Shown here in pieces: positions 40,989 through 51,205 of a DNA stretch of 64,000 nt; the stretch's first letter is position 1, and every line of letters begins with the position of its first letter. Source of the DNA: an uncultured virus (IMG/VR IMGVR_UViG_3300029913_001576) (taxonomy: Duplodnaviria; Heunggongvirae; Uroviricota; Caudoviricetes); the IMG/VR virus record IMGVR_UViG_3300029913_001576. One strand, given 5' to 3'. The notes under the pieces are model-generated. The model worked only from the letters and a program-made list of their open reading frames with translations. It was not told the origin of the DNA and made no database searches. The position numbers and the translations under genes were made by a program.

Positions 40989-41203
40989 CCGGTTGGCGAC
41001 TAGTCGCTTAGTGTTACTTGTCACAACCCGTTAACTTCATGGAGCTTCCGGCCTTACCGCGCCCAGCGGGCCTTGCTGTTAACCCCGACAAGCCCCCCGG
41101 GAGAGAAAAAGGTGTCCCCGAGGTGTCGGGGGTGGGCTCCGCGGTTCCATGGGTTGACGTTGTTAGTTAGGGGGACATGCAAACACGTCCCGCCAGCCAA
41201 CCG
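40989..41203 (+). ncRNA. candidate structured RNA (long interrupted hairpin)
   Basis: Nested pairings 40989-40997/41195-41203, 41011-41022/41174-41186, 41029-41045/41144-41159 (3 G-U), 41083-41090/41124-41131. Confidence 0.5.
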
Positions 41204-41406
41204 GAGGTCAGGCATCCCCTGCCCTACTCATCAAAACAGCCAAGCTCGAAGCAGGCTCCAAACACCTGGCCCTCGCGCCGAGTGCCGCAGATCCGGCGCT
41301 CCAAGGGCCTGGCGTTCGCGGCGAAGTACCGCGCGAGGAGGCTCTAAGGCGCTTCGGCAATTGCTAGCTTCCTCGCATCCCTCCCGCCCCTGCACCAGTC
41401 TTCCGT

Positions 41407-41727
41407 TCAGGGCGAAGCAGTAACCGACTCGCGCACCCTCACCTGGCTCTTGCCTGACGCGTGAAGCGCCCAGACACGGTGGTGCCCATTCGAGACCTGG
41501 GTGCCATGGAGCACAATCGGCACACGCTGGCGTTTGGCGACGCTCCGCTTGAAAGCCGCCCAGTAGGCCGGGGCGAAAGCCTCATGCTCCCGCTCGATCT
41601 CGCCGAAAACAAGCCTCCATAGCTCGGGATTCGAAACGCCCTCATGTGTCCCACCAGGGATCATGTCCGTGGGGCTGAAGTCGCGAAGGACTTCGGCAAG
41701 AGGTATCGAGCGCACAGGCGAACACAT
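41407..41727 (-). CDS. ParB/Srx-like N-terminal domain protein
   Basis: VPIVL...VSNGHHRVWAL. Confidence 0.65.
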   Translation of the reverse strand: MCSPVRSIPLAEVLRDFSPTDMIPGGTHEGVSNPELWRLVFGEIEREHEAFAPAYWAAFKRSVAKRQRVPIVLHGTQVSNGHHRVWALHASGKSQVRVRESVTASP

Positions 41728-41771
41728 GCGGCAAGATGGAGAATGGTCGCTAAGGCGTGTCCGATTTTACT

Positions 41772-41901
41772 GCGAAAAATGTGACATCTCGTGGTGACCA
41801 TCACTATTTTCCGAGTGAAACTGGCCTCCATCTTCGGGCATGAAAACACCCACGAAAGCGTCATCCATCCCACTGTCCGCGGAAAATGTGACATCTTGTG
41901 G
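41772..41901. repeat. 23-bp direct repeat pair GCG(A/G)AAAATGTGACATCT(C/T)GTGG
   Basis: 41772-41794 and 41879-41901; 21/23 identical; intergenic. Confidence 0.75.
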
Positions 41902-41915
41902 GTACGCGCGGTCGC

Positions 41916-42338
41916 TCAGGCGGGACCAGTCTGAGGGGCTCCCGCAAGGGCAATGAGCCCCGTCGCCGGCTCACCGACCCGGTAGGCGGAGCAAATCCAA
42001 CCCTGGCGAGTGCGAGTGATCTCCTCGTCGCGGCTGTAGTCGCACAGCTTGATGGGCTGCCCGTCCGCGTGTCCCGGTTTGAACCCCCAGAGGACGTAAG
42101 GCCCGCCGGAGACATCGGAACCCGCGTTATGAGCCGTGAGGTTGTCGCGCAGCCAGCGGTCGCCCACAACACGAGCCGTGTGCTCGACGGATTCCCAGAG
42201 TTTCGGGCGGCTCTCGGACTTGAAGCACCCTGCCTCAAAGAGGAAGCCAGTCAGGACGACGCGCAATCGCCAGTGAGGAATAGGAGTGGTGCAGCGCACA
42301 GCCTCGAACTCAACCCCGCCGATGGTTCGTTTATCCAT
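41916..42338 (-). CDS. hypothetical protein
   Basis: start re-called by motif. Confidence 0.65.
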   Translation of the reverse strand: MDKRTIGGVEFEAVRCTTPIPHWRLRVVLTGFLFEAGCFKSESRPKLWESVEHTARVVGDRWLRDNLTAHNAGSDVSGGPYVLWGFKPGHADGQPIKLCDYSRDEEITRTRQGWICSAYRVGEPATGLIALAGAPQTGPA

Positions 42339-42440
42339 AGCGCAAGATGGCGGCTGCCGGATGGCCGGTCGCATGCTCGGACTTGCTGAAGGCTCCTCAG
42401 GAGCGCCCTCCCCATACTTTTAAGGAGACACCTCCCATCC

Positions 42441-42866
42441 ATGCCAACCCCAGCCTTCACCAAACGCACGACCCCTGAACTGCGCACACCCGCTCCATGG
42501 ACCTTCGAGGCCCAGGGGGACGCCTGCTGCTATGCTATCACAAGCCCGAACGGGCGTTGGCTCGCCACCATCCGATTCAACGGAGAGCACACGGAGGAGC
42601 AGGACTTGGCGAACCTCGCCCTTTTCGACGTTGCGAGCCGGACGCACGAAAGGACGGTCACGACGCTTGAGGAAAGCACCCGGATGCTCGACATGTGCCG
42701 CGAACTGCTTGCCGACACAAAACACGTGGCGAAAGCCGAGTTCATAGAGCAACAGCTCGTGCTGAACCGAGGTCTTCTTGAAGAGATAAAGGCTGGGAGC
42801 ATAAGCCGACCGGCGCTTCGAACGCTGCCCTCTCCCACCGCGCAGAAACCCGAACTGATGAGGTAG
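42441..42866 (+). CDS. TPxPW-family hypothetical protein
   Basis: TPAPW...ANLAL; class-2 motif. Confidence 0.65.
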   Translation: MPTPAFTKRTTPELRTPAPWTFEAQGDACCYAITSPNGRWLATIRFNGEHTEEQDLANLALFDVASRTHERTVTTLEESTRMLDMCRELLADTKHVAKAEFIEQQLVLNRGLLEEIKAGSISRPALRTLPSPTAQKPELMR

Positions 42867-42869
42867 GGC

Positions 42870-43811
42870 TTAAGCCGGCAACACGCTTCCGGCCATAAAC
42901 GGCTCGATCCAAATCGTCTCGTAACGAGGGGTGTCGCGGGGGCCGTAAGGCTGTTGGCGATAGTGGCCGCGCACCCAATGCAATCGCTTCGCCGTGCCAT
43001 GTTCGCCATCGCCAGCGTCCGATCCGTCCACACGGGTAGCGTAATTGCCGCCGATGACATTGGGGCTCCACAGTTCAGACCTGACGCGGCCGTGCTTGCA
43101 CTTTGCCGATCGCAATTGGGACCCCATAACGACCAACTCAGGACGGGCATTAAGGGCCAAGATGAGTTTAAGCGCAACTTCGCGAGTTAGCCCGCAGACA
43201 TCGGTTGGTACCCCAGGCAAGTTAAGTGCATCGGTTTTGTCGATCACCGCATCGGTGGTCGCTTCCAGAACGGGCTGCGTATCTGTGATCGTAATTGCGT
43301 TCGCCGTGCTCAGGCCATCCTCGGTGCCTGCCGTCAAGGAGAGAACCTCCTCTTCGTACCTCACGCCCGGAAGCAGAGGGGAAGCTGGTTGAACAACGCC
43401 AGGTGTGTGGTGAGCGTACGCGACGTAGGAAAACTCCTGTCCGTCAGAAAGCTTAACCGAACCACGCGGAAGAATAAAAAGCATGCTTTCGAGCGGCCAC
43501 CGCAGCGCGCTCCAGCGGAAATTCGCGGGGATAGTCGTGGCGAGGGCGGCTTTCAATAGCGCTGGGGCAACGAAATAGGTTGGAACCTGCATGCATGCGA
43601 GCTGATGCATGACATCGTATTCATGGGGGTTCGATAGAGGGGCTCCGTCGCGCACTGCCCGATGGGCGTCGAGCAGACAGCCTAGCACGGCGGCCGACGC
43701 GCCGATTTGCGAATGGAAGCGCCCATCACCGCAATAGCGTTTTGGGCACGCCAACGATGTCAGTTCGGGGACCAGGGGTGCGGCGAGGGTCCAGACTTCA
43801 GTAAGTTTCAC
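42870..43811 (-). CDS. hypothetical protein with C-terminal HWVRGH motif
   Basis: LHWVRGHYRQQPYGP...IWIEP; CCAACTTA-N4-GTG variant. Confidence 0.7.
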   Translation of the reverse strand: MKLTEVWTLAAPLVPELTSLACPKRYCGDGRFHSQIGASAAVLGCLLDAHRAVRDGAPLSNPHEYDVMHQLACMQVPTYFVAPALLKAALATTIPANFRWSALRWPLESMLFILPRGSVKLSDGQEFSYVAYAHHTPGVVQPASPLLPGVRYEEEVLSLTAGTEDGLSTANAITITDTQPVLEATTDAVIDKTDALNLPGVPTDVCGLTREVALKLILALNARPELVVMGSQLRSAKCKHGRVRSELWSPNVIGGNYATRVDGSDAGDGEHGTAKRLHWVRGHYRQQPYGPRDTPRYETIWIEPFMAGSVLPA

Positions 43812-43834
43812 GGGATAAGTTGGGGTTAAGAATA

Positions 43835-44770
43835 CTAACGCCGGATCTTTCGTAAACCAACAAGGTCTCCTTCGATGTCGGTCATGAACGCTCTGTCGCG
43901 AGTGAGCTGCCGAAGTCGCTGCATGCTCGCCGACCGCTCCATTGCCACGCGGAACCAGTTGTGGAATTTGCGGTAGAGGGATCGGATATGCGCGGCTTCC
44001 GGATGGCTGGCCTGGAAATCGGGGTGCGCGCAGAGGATGCGGTAAAGGAAAGGTATCTCGTGAGCAGATGCCGCACTCAACTCCTGCTCTCCTATCAAGA
44101 ACGCAGAGGAGGCATCCGCTAGTGCGAAGGCATGCACCTCGGTCGGGTTGGTGTAATAGGAATCGTCGTAATCATGTCCTTCCTTGTGCGGAAAGCGGTG
44201 AGCCTCGCGCCATGACCAGTCTTGGTGGACATGAGCCATCTCGTGGAAAGTAGTGTTGGTTATCCAGTGGACCCACCTCTCCCCGCGCGCGCCGGCACGG
44301 GCGAGGCACATTTTTTCGATAAATGAAGCCGACAGGCCGATGGCATCCCGCCCAGCAGCTGCGAATGCGTTGAACGACTTCTCCGGATGAGTCGTCACCG
44401 TTAAAAGAAAGCGACCTCCGCAGTCGAGGCTGACGCACCCAGGAACGTCGAAGGGGCCACCAAAAAGGGCCAGCGCACGGTTGTAGATCCCGCAAACCTG
44501 TATGCGGTATTCCTCGTTATCGAAGAGCGGCTTGAGATTGTAACCGGCACTGCGAGCGCGCAGTGAAAGCATTTCTCTGTGAGAAATGCACGCTGCCAGG
44601 GCCAGAACCTCAGTAAGGCTTGCCGACACGGTTAGGAGCGTTCCAAAACTGACCCGCCTTGGGTTAGGTCGCGGAGTCCGAGATCCGCCGCTGGCCAACG
44701 GATTTGCGACAATCAAGCGAGCGAGGTCTATTGTGGTCGATTCTGCCGCTGGGGCTACGAGCATGTTCAT
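43835..44770 (-). CDS. zincin-like metallopeptidase
   Basis: FHEMAHVHQ (HEXXH) and YYTNPTEVHA. Confidence 0.7.
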   Translation of the reverse strand: MNMLVAPAAESTTIDLARLIVANPLASGGSRTPRPNPRRVSFGTLLTVSASLTEVLALAACISHREMLSLRARSAGYNLKPLFDNEEYRIQVCGIYNRALALFGGPFDVPGCVSLDCGGRFLLTVTTHPEKSFNAFAAAGRDAIGLSASFIEKMCLARAGARGERWVHWITNTTFHEMAHVHQDWSWREAHRFPHKEGHDYDDSYYTNPTEVHAFALADASSAFLIGEQELSAASAHEIPFLYRILCAHPDFQASHPEAAHIRSLYRKFHNWFRVAMERSASMQRLRQLTRDRAFMTDIEGDLVGLRKIRR

Positions 44771-44810
44771 TGGGCGTTGCCTCTACGGGTACGAGGAAAT
44801 CAGCAACGCG

Positions 44811-46805
44811 TTAGGCCGCCGATGCTTTCTTCCAGTCCCGTCGCGCGAAGGCGTGGAAGATCACGGCGTCCTTCCGGACCCTGATGAAGATTCTATCTTG
44901 GCCTCGCTTCAGCTTGTGAAACGAGTACGACCCTACGCGCTCCTTGTTCCAGGTCAGATGGTGCTCGATAGGCGTTTCGAGGGCGAAATGGACGACTGCT
45001 CTGGCTAGACTGTGAGCAGGCTCCGTTACGTCTGCATGGTGCCCTATGATGGTAGCGACAACCCCCTCGACCTCTGAGAAATCGCATTCGCGCAGGACGG
45101 TACGCGGGTGTCGGCTTTCGGGATTCATGACGTATTCAAGGCGGATTGTTCGCTTGGCAGAGACAAAGGGGGCCGCGGAGGTGACGATTGGCCCGACTAC
45201 TTCACGCGATGGTTTAGGCACAACGGGCTCTCGCTCGATTCGCTGCGGCTTCGCATCCGGGATTGATTCCACAGGCAAGGCAACGGGCCGGAAAGGGATG
45301 ATGACCCGGGGCGGTGTTGCCGCGATGAGTTCCGTGTCACTCTTGCACAGCACGGGTTCGAAGCGATTGGGGAACTTGGCGTAAAGGTAGATCGCCTCGG
45401 TCAGTACCTTCTCCTTGCAACGGAGAAACGACGCAGTGAGATCATTGTGCTCGTCAGTCAAAATCTGGGCTACACAACAGTCGCCTACCGAGCAGAGAAT
45501 TTGCTCGATGGTGGATGACGGGTCGCGCAATAGCCCAACGAGTGAAGTAACGGCCCTGGCTGTACGGGTGGCCTTGAAGAAACTGGCCAGCTTGCGAACA
45601 GCCTTGGCTGCGGGCTCGTCAGCCTTGGAGACCTGAACCCTCTTAAACGTCCACGGCGATTCGACAAGGGCGAGAAGCAATTCGCGAAATCTTGGGGTGT
45701 CCTCGAACTCGCCCATGAGGTCAGAAACCCACATTCTGATCGTGATCGGGTTTAGGACCAACTCGTCCGGCAACTCCGTATTTCCGTCGTAGCGTATTTC
45801 GTAGACCGCCTGGTCCTCAATCACGTCGAGGTACGCGTCGATCCCCGGAATCAATGGGCGGCCTCCAGGGGCCGGCAAGGATCGCAGGTTTTCCAGAACC
45901 GGCGAAAGCTCGTTGCGGAAATCTTCGACAAAGCGGTCGATTCGCATGACTGACGGGATCGTCTTTATCTCAGCTTCCAAGGTCCGCGTAGTATCGAAGC
46001 ATTTCATGGCGGCGATAAAGTCGGACTCTGCTGATGATGTGACCGCTGCCGCCAGTTCCCCTTTCCATGAAAGGAACCTCGCCCTTGAGACATCTATGTC
46101 GCGATTAAAGGGTATTGTGACCGTGAGCATGACCAAGGTCTCGTCCGAAAGGGCCATGAGAACAGGAATGGCGTCGGCTTTCACCGGCCCAAAAATCATG
46201 CTTAAAGGGTCGGAGGGCTTGTAATCGGTCCACCTTGCAAGAACCTCTTCGCGAATAAGGCGCGCGGCCGTTGCGATCTGTTCCAACCCCCCTAAGGGGA
46301 GCCTGTTCATGGCGTAGGCGACAAAATCCAGGTCGTCCGTATAACCTTCGAAACCCGCCGCCACGTATTCGAGAGTCGAAGCCTTTCGGATAAAAGAATC
46401 GTCGGACTCATTTCCCCAAAGACGGCAGGCGATCCGGGCGCATAGCAGTTCGGATGCGTTCGCAAGCGCTGGATAAAAAGATTCACGGAACCTCCGTCCC
46501 GCCATGAGTCGCTCGGCAAGGTCCTCCTTGAGGTTGGCAGCCTTCAAAACCCGCTCGCTGAGCACGCGTTGAAGCCGCGCGACGGCGTCGAACGCTTCTT
46601 GCGTCGGACAGGGCACAAGGCAACGACTCTCGTCGGAGAAAGCTGGAGGGTCAAAATAGTCGTCCTCCGAGTCATACGGCCCAACCGAATCTTCCGAATC
46701 GTCGTCCGCATCTGAGGTAACGCCGTCCATGAACGACGGAGCCCTGAAGTCGGCCCAGGATAGGAGTGGGTGTCCAGAGCCGGTCAAAGGGGTCGAAGAT
46801 GGCAT
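44811..46805 (-). CDS. large protein with C-terminal RelE-like domain; paralog of 49247-51205
   Basis: FHKLKRG.DRIFIRVR.D.VIFHAFAR.DWKK; class-2 motif. Confidence 0.7.
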   Translation of the reverse strand: MPSSTPLTGSGHPLLSWADFRAPSFMDGVTSDADDDSEDSVGPYDSEDDYFDPPAFSDESRCLVPCPTQEAFDAVARLQRVLSERVLKAANLKEDLAERLMAGRRFRESFYPALANASELLCARIACRLWGNESDDSFIRKASTLEYVAAGFEGYTDDLDFVAYAMNRLPLGGLEQIATAARLIREEVLARWTDYKPSDPLSMIFGPVKADAIPVLMALSDETLVMLTVTIPFNRDIDVSRARFLSWKGELAAAVTSSAESDFIAAMKCFDTTRTLEAEIKTIPSVMRIDRFVEDFRNELSPVLENLRSLPAPGGRPLIPGIDAYLDVIEDQAVYEIRYDGNTELPDELVLNPITIRMWVSDLMGEFEDTPRFRELLLALVESPWTFKRVQVSKADEPAAKAVRKLASFFKATRTARAVTSLVGLLRDPSSTIEQILCSVGDCCVAQILTDEHNDLTASFLRCKEKVLTEAIYLYAKFPNRFEPVLCKSDTELIAATPPRVIIPFRPVALPVESIPDAKPQRIEREPVVPKPSREVVGPIVTSAAPFVSAKRTIRLEYVMNPESRHPRTVLRECDFSEVEGVVATIIGHHADVTEPAHSLARAVVHFALETPIEHHLTWNKERVGSYSFHKLKRGQDRIFIRVRKDAVIFHAFARRDWKKASAA

Positions 46806-47649
46806 ACTTAAAAGTATGGGGGATCTGACCCTGGGAAACCCCAGGGGAGAGGTTAACGGGGGCTGGGATCGTCGGCCTCTCTCCATCTCCACTGACGGCG
46901 CGTGGATTGATGCAGGTTCTTCCGGTGGAGGGCGATAAGCCGCTGAATAAGCGCTTCCGCATGGGCAACGCCCTGGGCTCTGGCTACTTCGACAACGTCG
47001 AAAGCCGTAAACGGCCCGCCCTTCATCCTGATGAGGCACGCCTCGATCTGGCCCAGCGTGACCTGTTCCGTGAAAACCCTCATGGCATTTAGAAGGCCCG
47101 CCAAACGAAACGTAAGGCTGAACCAAGCTCTGGGTGCGCCCACATCCAAGGCTCACCGTTCGGACCTGTGATGACGAACCGTTCGCCTCGGGTGGCAGAG
47201 CCACCAAAGAAGGCCCTGGCCTTGGTCTTGCAGTGGTCGCCACTGTTCCCTGGGCAAAGCGCTGTGTACCGTGTCCCAACGATCACCCAAAGCGTCCAAA
47301 TCAGAGGACGGTCATGGATTGCCAAAACCGTCGAGCGCAGCTCGGAAGCCGCTTGAGAGACGCGTTCAGGGAAGTTCATTTGAAGCGGGGGGCGTTTGGG
47401 TAGTGCATGCCATGTCCCCATGCATGGATTTCAGCGCGAAGGCGCCGGAGAACTGCATTGCGGGTTCGACCCGAAAGGCCGACGAAAGACTCGGCTGCAA
47501 TGTATTTTTTCACGAGCGCCAGGAGGTCCCGCGCCCCATCGCGATCCTCGGCTTGCGACCTCTTGACAGCGGTCAATCGCAGATAGGAGCCGTGCGGGCT
47601 CGGGGTGCGCGCAAAGTGGAGTTGAGCCATGGCCGGTGTTAGGTGTGTG

Positions 47650-47916
47650 TCACCTTGTTGACGTGGCGTAATGAAGCGGAACCCCCACTTCGCCAAGAAT
47701 CGTTCGAATGAGACTATCAGCCTCGGCCCGCGGAGTCTTCGACGCCTCAGCGACCACTCGCATGGCGGCGGTGTAGGCAGCGCAGGCCGCGTCGTTTCGG
47801 TGCTCGGCAACCTCATTGGCCCGGGGGCCAGACTTGAAGCGCTCGGAGGCCACAAAGGACTGCGAGGCTTTCCGGGCAAGCGGACGAAGGAGGGCGCTCA
47901 ACTCTGGGTGACTCAT
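47650..47916 (-). CDS. hypothetical protein
   Basis: class-1 motif. Confidence 0.55.
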   Translation of the reverse strand: MSHPELSALLRPLARKASQSFVASERFKSGPRANEVAEHRNDAACAAYTAAMRVVAEASKTPRAEADSLIRTILGEVGVPLHYATSTR

Positions 47917-48104
47917 ACGGACAAGATGGAGCGGACGGTGAAACCCCTTCCCTTCGGAGTGAGGGCGTATTCGCAGATTTACAGAAAATTAGAACATGCA
48001 GCGAGTGTCGCTCACGTGCGCTCAAATGAGCCCAGATGCGCTTAAATTCGCCCACGTGCGATTAGTGCCGGACTGTTGCAAGGCGCGCTGTCTCTGGAAG
48101 AATA

Positions 48105-48686
48105 ATGCGTGTTGAAAAACGCGGGAAAAGTGCGAATGGGTTCTGCATGGAAACAAAACGTGCTCGGTTTGCAGGTCTGAAAATGGTGTTCGGGCTCCAC
48201 TTCGTGGAAGCCTTGTTTGCGATCAAGGTAACGGTGTTTATCGGGTTAGCGCTGATGTGCCTTTGCCTGTGGAACGATTTCCCGAAATGGGCATCCTTCA
48301 ACCTCTCCTACGGTGTGGCCGTTGTTATCGGCATGGGCTTCGTCGCCTATCGAGCTTGGGCCGGGTCGCCCACCAGGTGGACGGTCAACGACGAACGGCC
48401 AGGAAAGGAATTCTCGATCAACGGCGATGCCTCTCCATGGGTGAGCGGTCTAGCGGTAATCGTGACCCTCTTCTTTGTGCCGTACTTCTCCTTAGCCCGC
48501 TCCGGAAGCGCTGGGGTGACTACGACAGATGAGCGTTTCGAGTTGTCGAGTAGCGATGCGTTGGCGGAACCACAACCGACAACAGAGGCTCCTCTGCCGC
48601 GCTCTCTCCACGCAACAAAACAGCGCGTTCACCTCCAAGATGAAGACGAAATGGACACGCCCGTCCCTTCATCGCGAAAGCCTTGA
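48105..48686 (+). CDS. membrane protein
   Basis: three hydrophobic helices; start uncertain. Confidence 0.55.
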   Translation: MRVEKRGKSANGFCMETKRARFAGLKMVFGLHFVEALFAIKVTVFIGLALMCLCLWNDFPKWASFNLSYGVAVVIGMGFVAYRAWAGSPTRWTVNDERPGKEFSINGDASPWVSGLAVIVTLFFVPYFSLARSGSAGVTTTDERFELSSSDALAEPQPTTEAPLPRSLHATKQRVHLQDEDEMDTPVPSSRKP

Positions 48687-48912
48687 GGGACTCCTAGTCC
48701 TGCGTGCGGCCATTAAGCCGCATCATTGACGGTCAAGTAGGCTTCCTCGATCCACTCGCGAACGGCGCGCAGGTCCGCAACCGCATGATACATTCCGTGG
48801 TAGTTTGGGGTGGCGTGGCGTGAGAAGTATTCGAGGGTCGTGGCCGCGGTTGCTTTAATGCAACGGTGCTGGCCGTGTGCAACCTCGATAACATAGTTCC
48901 TGGCCGCGTGGG

Positions 48913-49206
48913 CTACTGCTCTAACCATGTAGGGCGGTAGCCGACCACCTGCGCGCCAAGACGCGCGACGGCATAAACGCTGCGCACGTGATAGGTCTCG
49001 GAACTGCGCCGCCTAAAAACCTTAATGCTGTAGGGACCGCAAGTGCGCGAGCCGACAATCCGGCCAGAGCAACCGCGCAACCCGAGCGCACTCGGCATGC
49101 GCCGAACGCGCACGGTGTTATTTATTTCTTGGCAAGCCAGAGCTGCGTCGAGAAAGGGCCAGCTGGAGGTCGCGCTTGCTGGTGCCAAGAGTGGGGATTG
49201 TGGCAT
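48913..49206 (-). CDS. hypothetical protein
   Basis: start re-called by motif. Confidence 0.55.
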   Translation of the reverse strand: MPQSPLLAPASATSSWPFLDAALACQEINNTVRVRRMPSALGLRGCSGRIVGSRTCGPYSIKVFRRRSSETYHVRSVYAVARLGAQVVGYRPTWLEQ

Positions 49207-49246
49207 GGGACAAGATGGGGTTTGGCAGGTTGCAAAGGCAGAGACT

Positions 49247-51205
49247 CTACGCCGCAAACGCCTTCTTCCAATCCTTGCGAGCGAATGCGTGAAAGATAAC
49301 CGTATCACCGCGAACGCGGATGAAGATGCGGTCAGCCCCCCTCTTGAGTTTGTGGAACGAATAGAACCCGACGCGCTCCTTGTTCCATGTGCGATAGTGC
49401 TCAACAGGCGTTTCGAATGCGAAGTGGACGATGGCTCTCGCGATGCTGTTAGCGGGCTCAGTGATGTCAGCGCGTTCTGATAGGATGGATGCCACAGTCT
49501 TTTCGGCACAGGATAGGTCACAATCGACGATATAGGAGCGAGGAGACCGGCTCTCTGGATTCACCACATAATCAAGCCGAATGGTCCGCCTTGCAGGTTC
49601 CTGGAGGACTTTAGGCGGCTCGATACGCGAAGGCTGCTTTACCGCGGGAGCAGCGGACGCCTGCTTCGCGACCGACGGCGAAGTTCCCGTTTGGATTACT
49701 TGGGGCGCGACCGAAACCTCTCGCTCGGGCAGTACGATCCGGGACGCAATACGGGCCTCGCGCTCAAATACGCTTGGTTGGACCACTGGAAGCAACCTTT
49801 CCCGAAATAATGTGCTCACATCCATCAATTCCGAGAGAAGCTTCTCTTCGCAACTGGAGAACGCGTCCGTGAGGTCATTCGGCTCATCGGTGAGGATCTG
49901 AGCAATACAGCAATCGCCTAATGCGCAAAAGAGTTGAGCCTCTGTCGATTTAGGGTCTCGAAGAAGCTGAAGAAGCGTGGGGAGTGCTTTAGATGGCGTG
50001 GTCACCTTGAAAAAGGTGCCTAGCTTGCGCACGCAACGCCACGCAGACATATCCGCCTTCGGAATCACGAGCTTCTTAAAGGCCCACGGTGACTCGGCGA
50101 GGGAAAGCATGAGCGCTCTGTGCCGTGGCGAGTCTTCGTAATCCCATAGTAGGTCGGCTAGCCACAACCGGACGGTGATCGGATTCAGCAGGAGATCGTC
50201 CGGTATGTCGGAATTCTCGCGAAACGGAGCGTTGTAGATCGCGAAATCCTCTAAAGCGTCGAGGAATGGATGAAGACACGTCGTTGTCTGGTCATCGTGT
50301 GCGTCAATAAGGGTCCTAAGGCGTGTGAGATTGGGGATGAGTTCGCCATGGAATTTTGCCACTTGCTCCTCGATTCGCACGATTTCAGGCAGTGTCTTGA
50401 GTTTAGCCTCAAGTAGGCGGCTGTCCTTGAAGAGGTCCAACGCTTCCTGGAGGTCTTGTTCGGGCGTGGCTTTAGACGCAGCAGCCACTTCCCGCTTCCA
50501 GGCAAGGAGCACTGCGTCGTCAGTGAAGCTCGTATTGCACAGCGCGGGGTTTACCGGAAGCATTACGAGCACTTCGTCAGGCAATCCCATTAGAATCGGG
50601 ATTAGGTCACGCCGGCCGATGTTGGCAGGGTGATCGGGAGCCATAGGAGCCTTGAAATCCCTCCAGCTTGGCAACGCCTTTGTCCGGATGAAAGCAGCTG
50701 TAGATTTGATTTGATCGCGAACCTCGTCTGTGCAGCGGCCCATAGCAATTGCGTGACGGTCAAGGTCTCCTGTGTAGAGGACCAATGACGATGAAAGAAA
50801 CGCGAGGGACGATGCTTTCGGAAGAAAAACCTCGTCAGGATCGCTGCCCCACAGCCGACACGCAATACGCGCACAAAGCAGTTCGGCGGCTCTATAAAAT
50901 GCAGGCTGCACCAGTTTCGTTAAGGACTCCACAGCCCTGTTGCGCTCTTCAAAATCAGCATCGTTGGCGTCGGTCACCTGCTGTGGTTTGCTCATGGTCG
51001 CACAAACCGCAGTCAATGCGTCAAGAACCTCCCTGTTCGGGCACGGGAAATGGATTTTCAGGTTCCTTGCGAAAAAAGGCCGCTCAAGTTCCACCTCCTC
51101 CTCGTCCATGGCCGGGCCAATTCTGGCAACTCCTCGTGTAGCCTCTAGCGCCCCGGCGATGAATGGCCGGAATGCCGAAAAAGTCGCCCTTGAGGAAAAC
51201 GTCAT
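49247..51205 (-). CDS. large protein with C-terminal RelE-like domain; paralog of 44811-46805
   Basis: colinear similarity (ELLCARIACRLWG, LLNPIT.R.W, QILTDE.NDLT); class-2 motif. Confidence 0.75.
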   Translation of the reverse strand: MTFSSRATFSAFRPFIAGALEATRGVARIGPAMDEEEVELERPFFARNLKIHFPCPNREVLDALTAVCATMSKPQQVTDANDADFEERNRAVESLTKLVQPAFYRAAELLCARIACRLWGSDPDEVFLPKASSLAFLSSSLVLYTGDLDRHAIAMGRCTDEVRDQIKSTAAFIRTKALPSWRDFKAPMAPDHPANIGRRDLIPILMGLPDEVLVMLPVNPALCNTSFTDDAVLLAWKREVAAASKATPEQDLQEALDLFKDSRLLEAKLKTLPEIVRIEEQVAKFHGELIPNLTRLRTLIDAHDDQTTTCLHPFLDALEDFAIYNAPFRENSDIPDDLLLNPITVRLWLADLLWDYEDSPRHRALMLSLAESPWAFKKLVIPKADMSAWRCVRKLGTFFKVTTPSKALPTLLQLLRDPKSTEAQLFCALGDCCIAQILTDEPNDLTDAFSSCEEKLLSELMDVSTLFRERLLPVVQPSVFEREARIASRIVLPEREVSVAPQVIQTGTSPSVAKQASAAPAVKQPSRIEPPKVLQEPARRTIRLDYVVNPESRSPRSYIVDCDLSCAEKTVASILSERADITEPANSIARAIVHFAFETPVEHYRTWNKERVGFYSFHKLKRGADRIFIRVRGDTVIFHAFARKDWKKAFAA

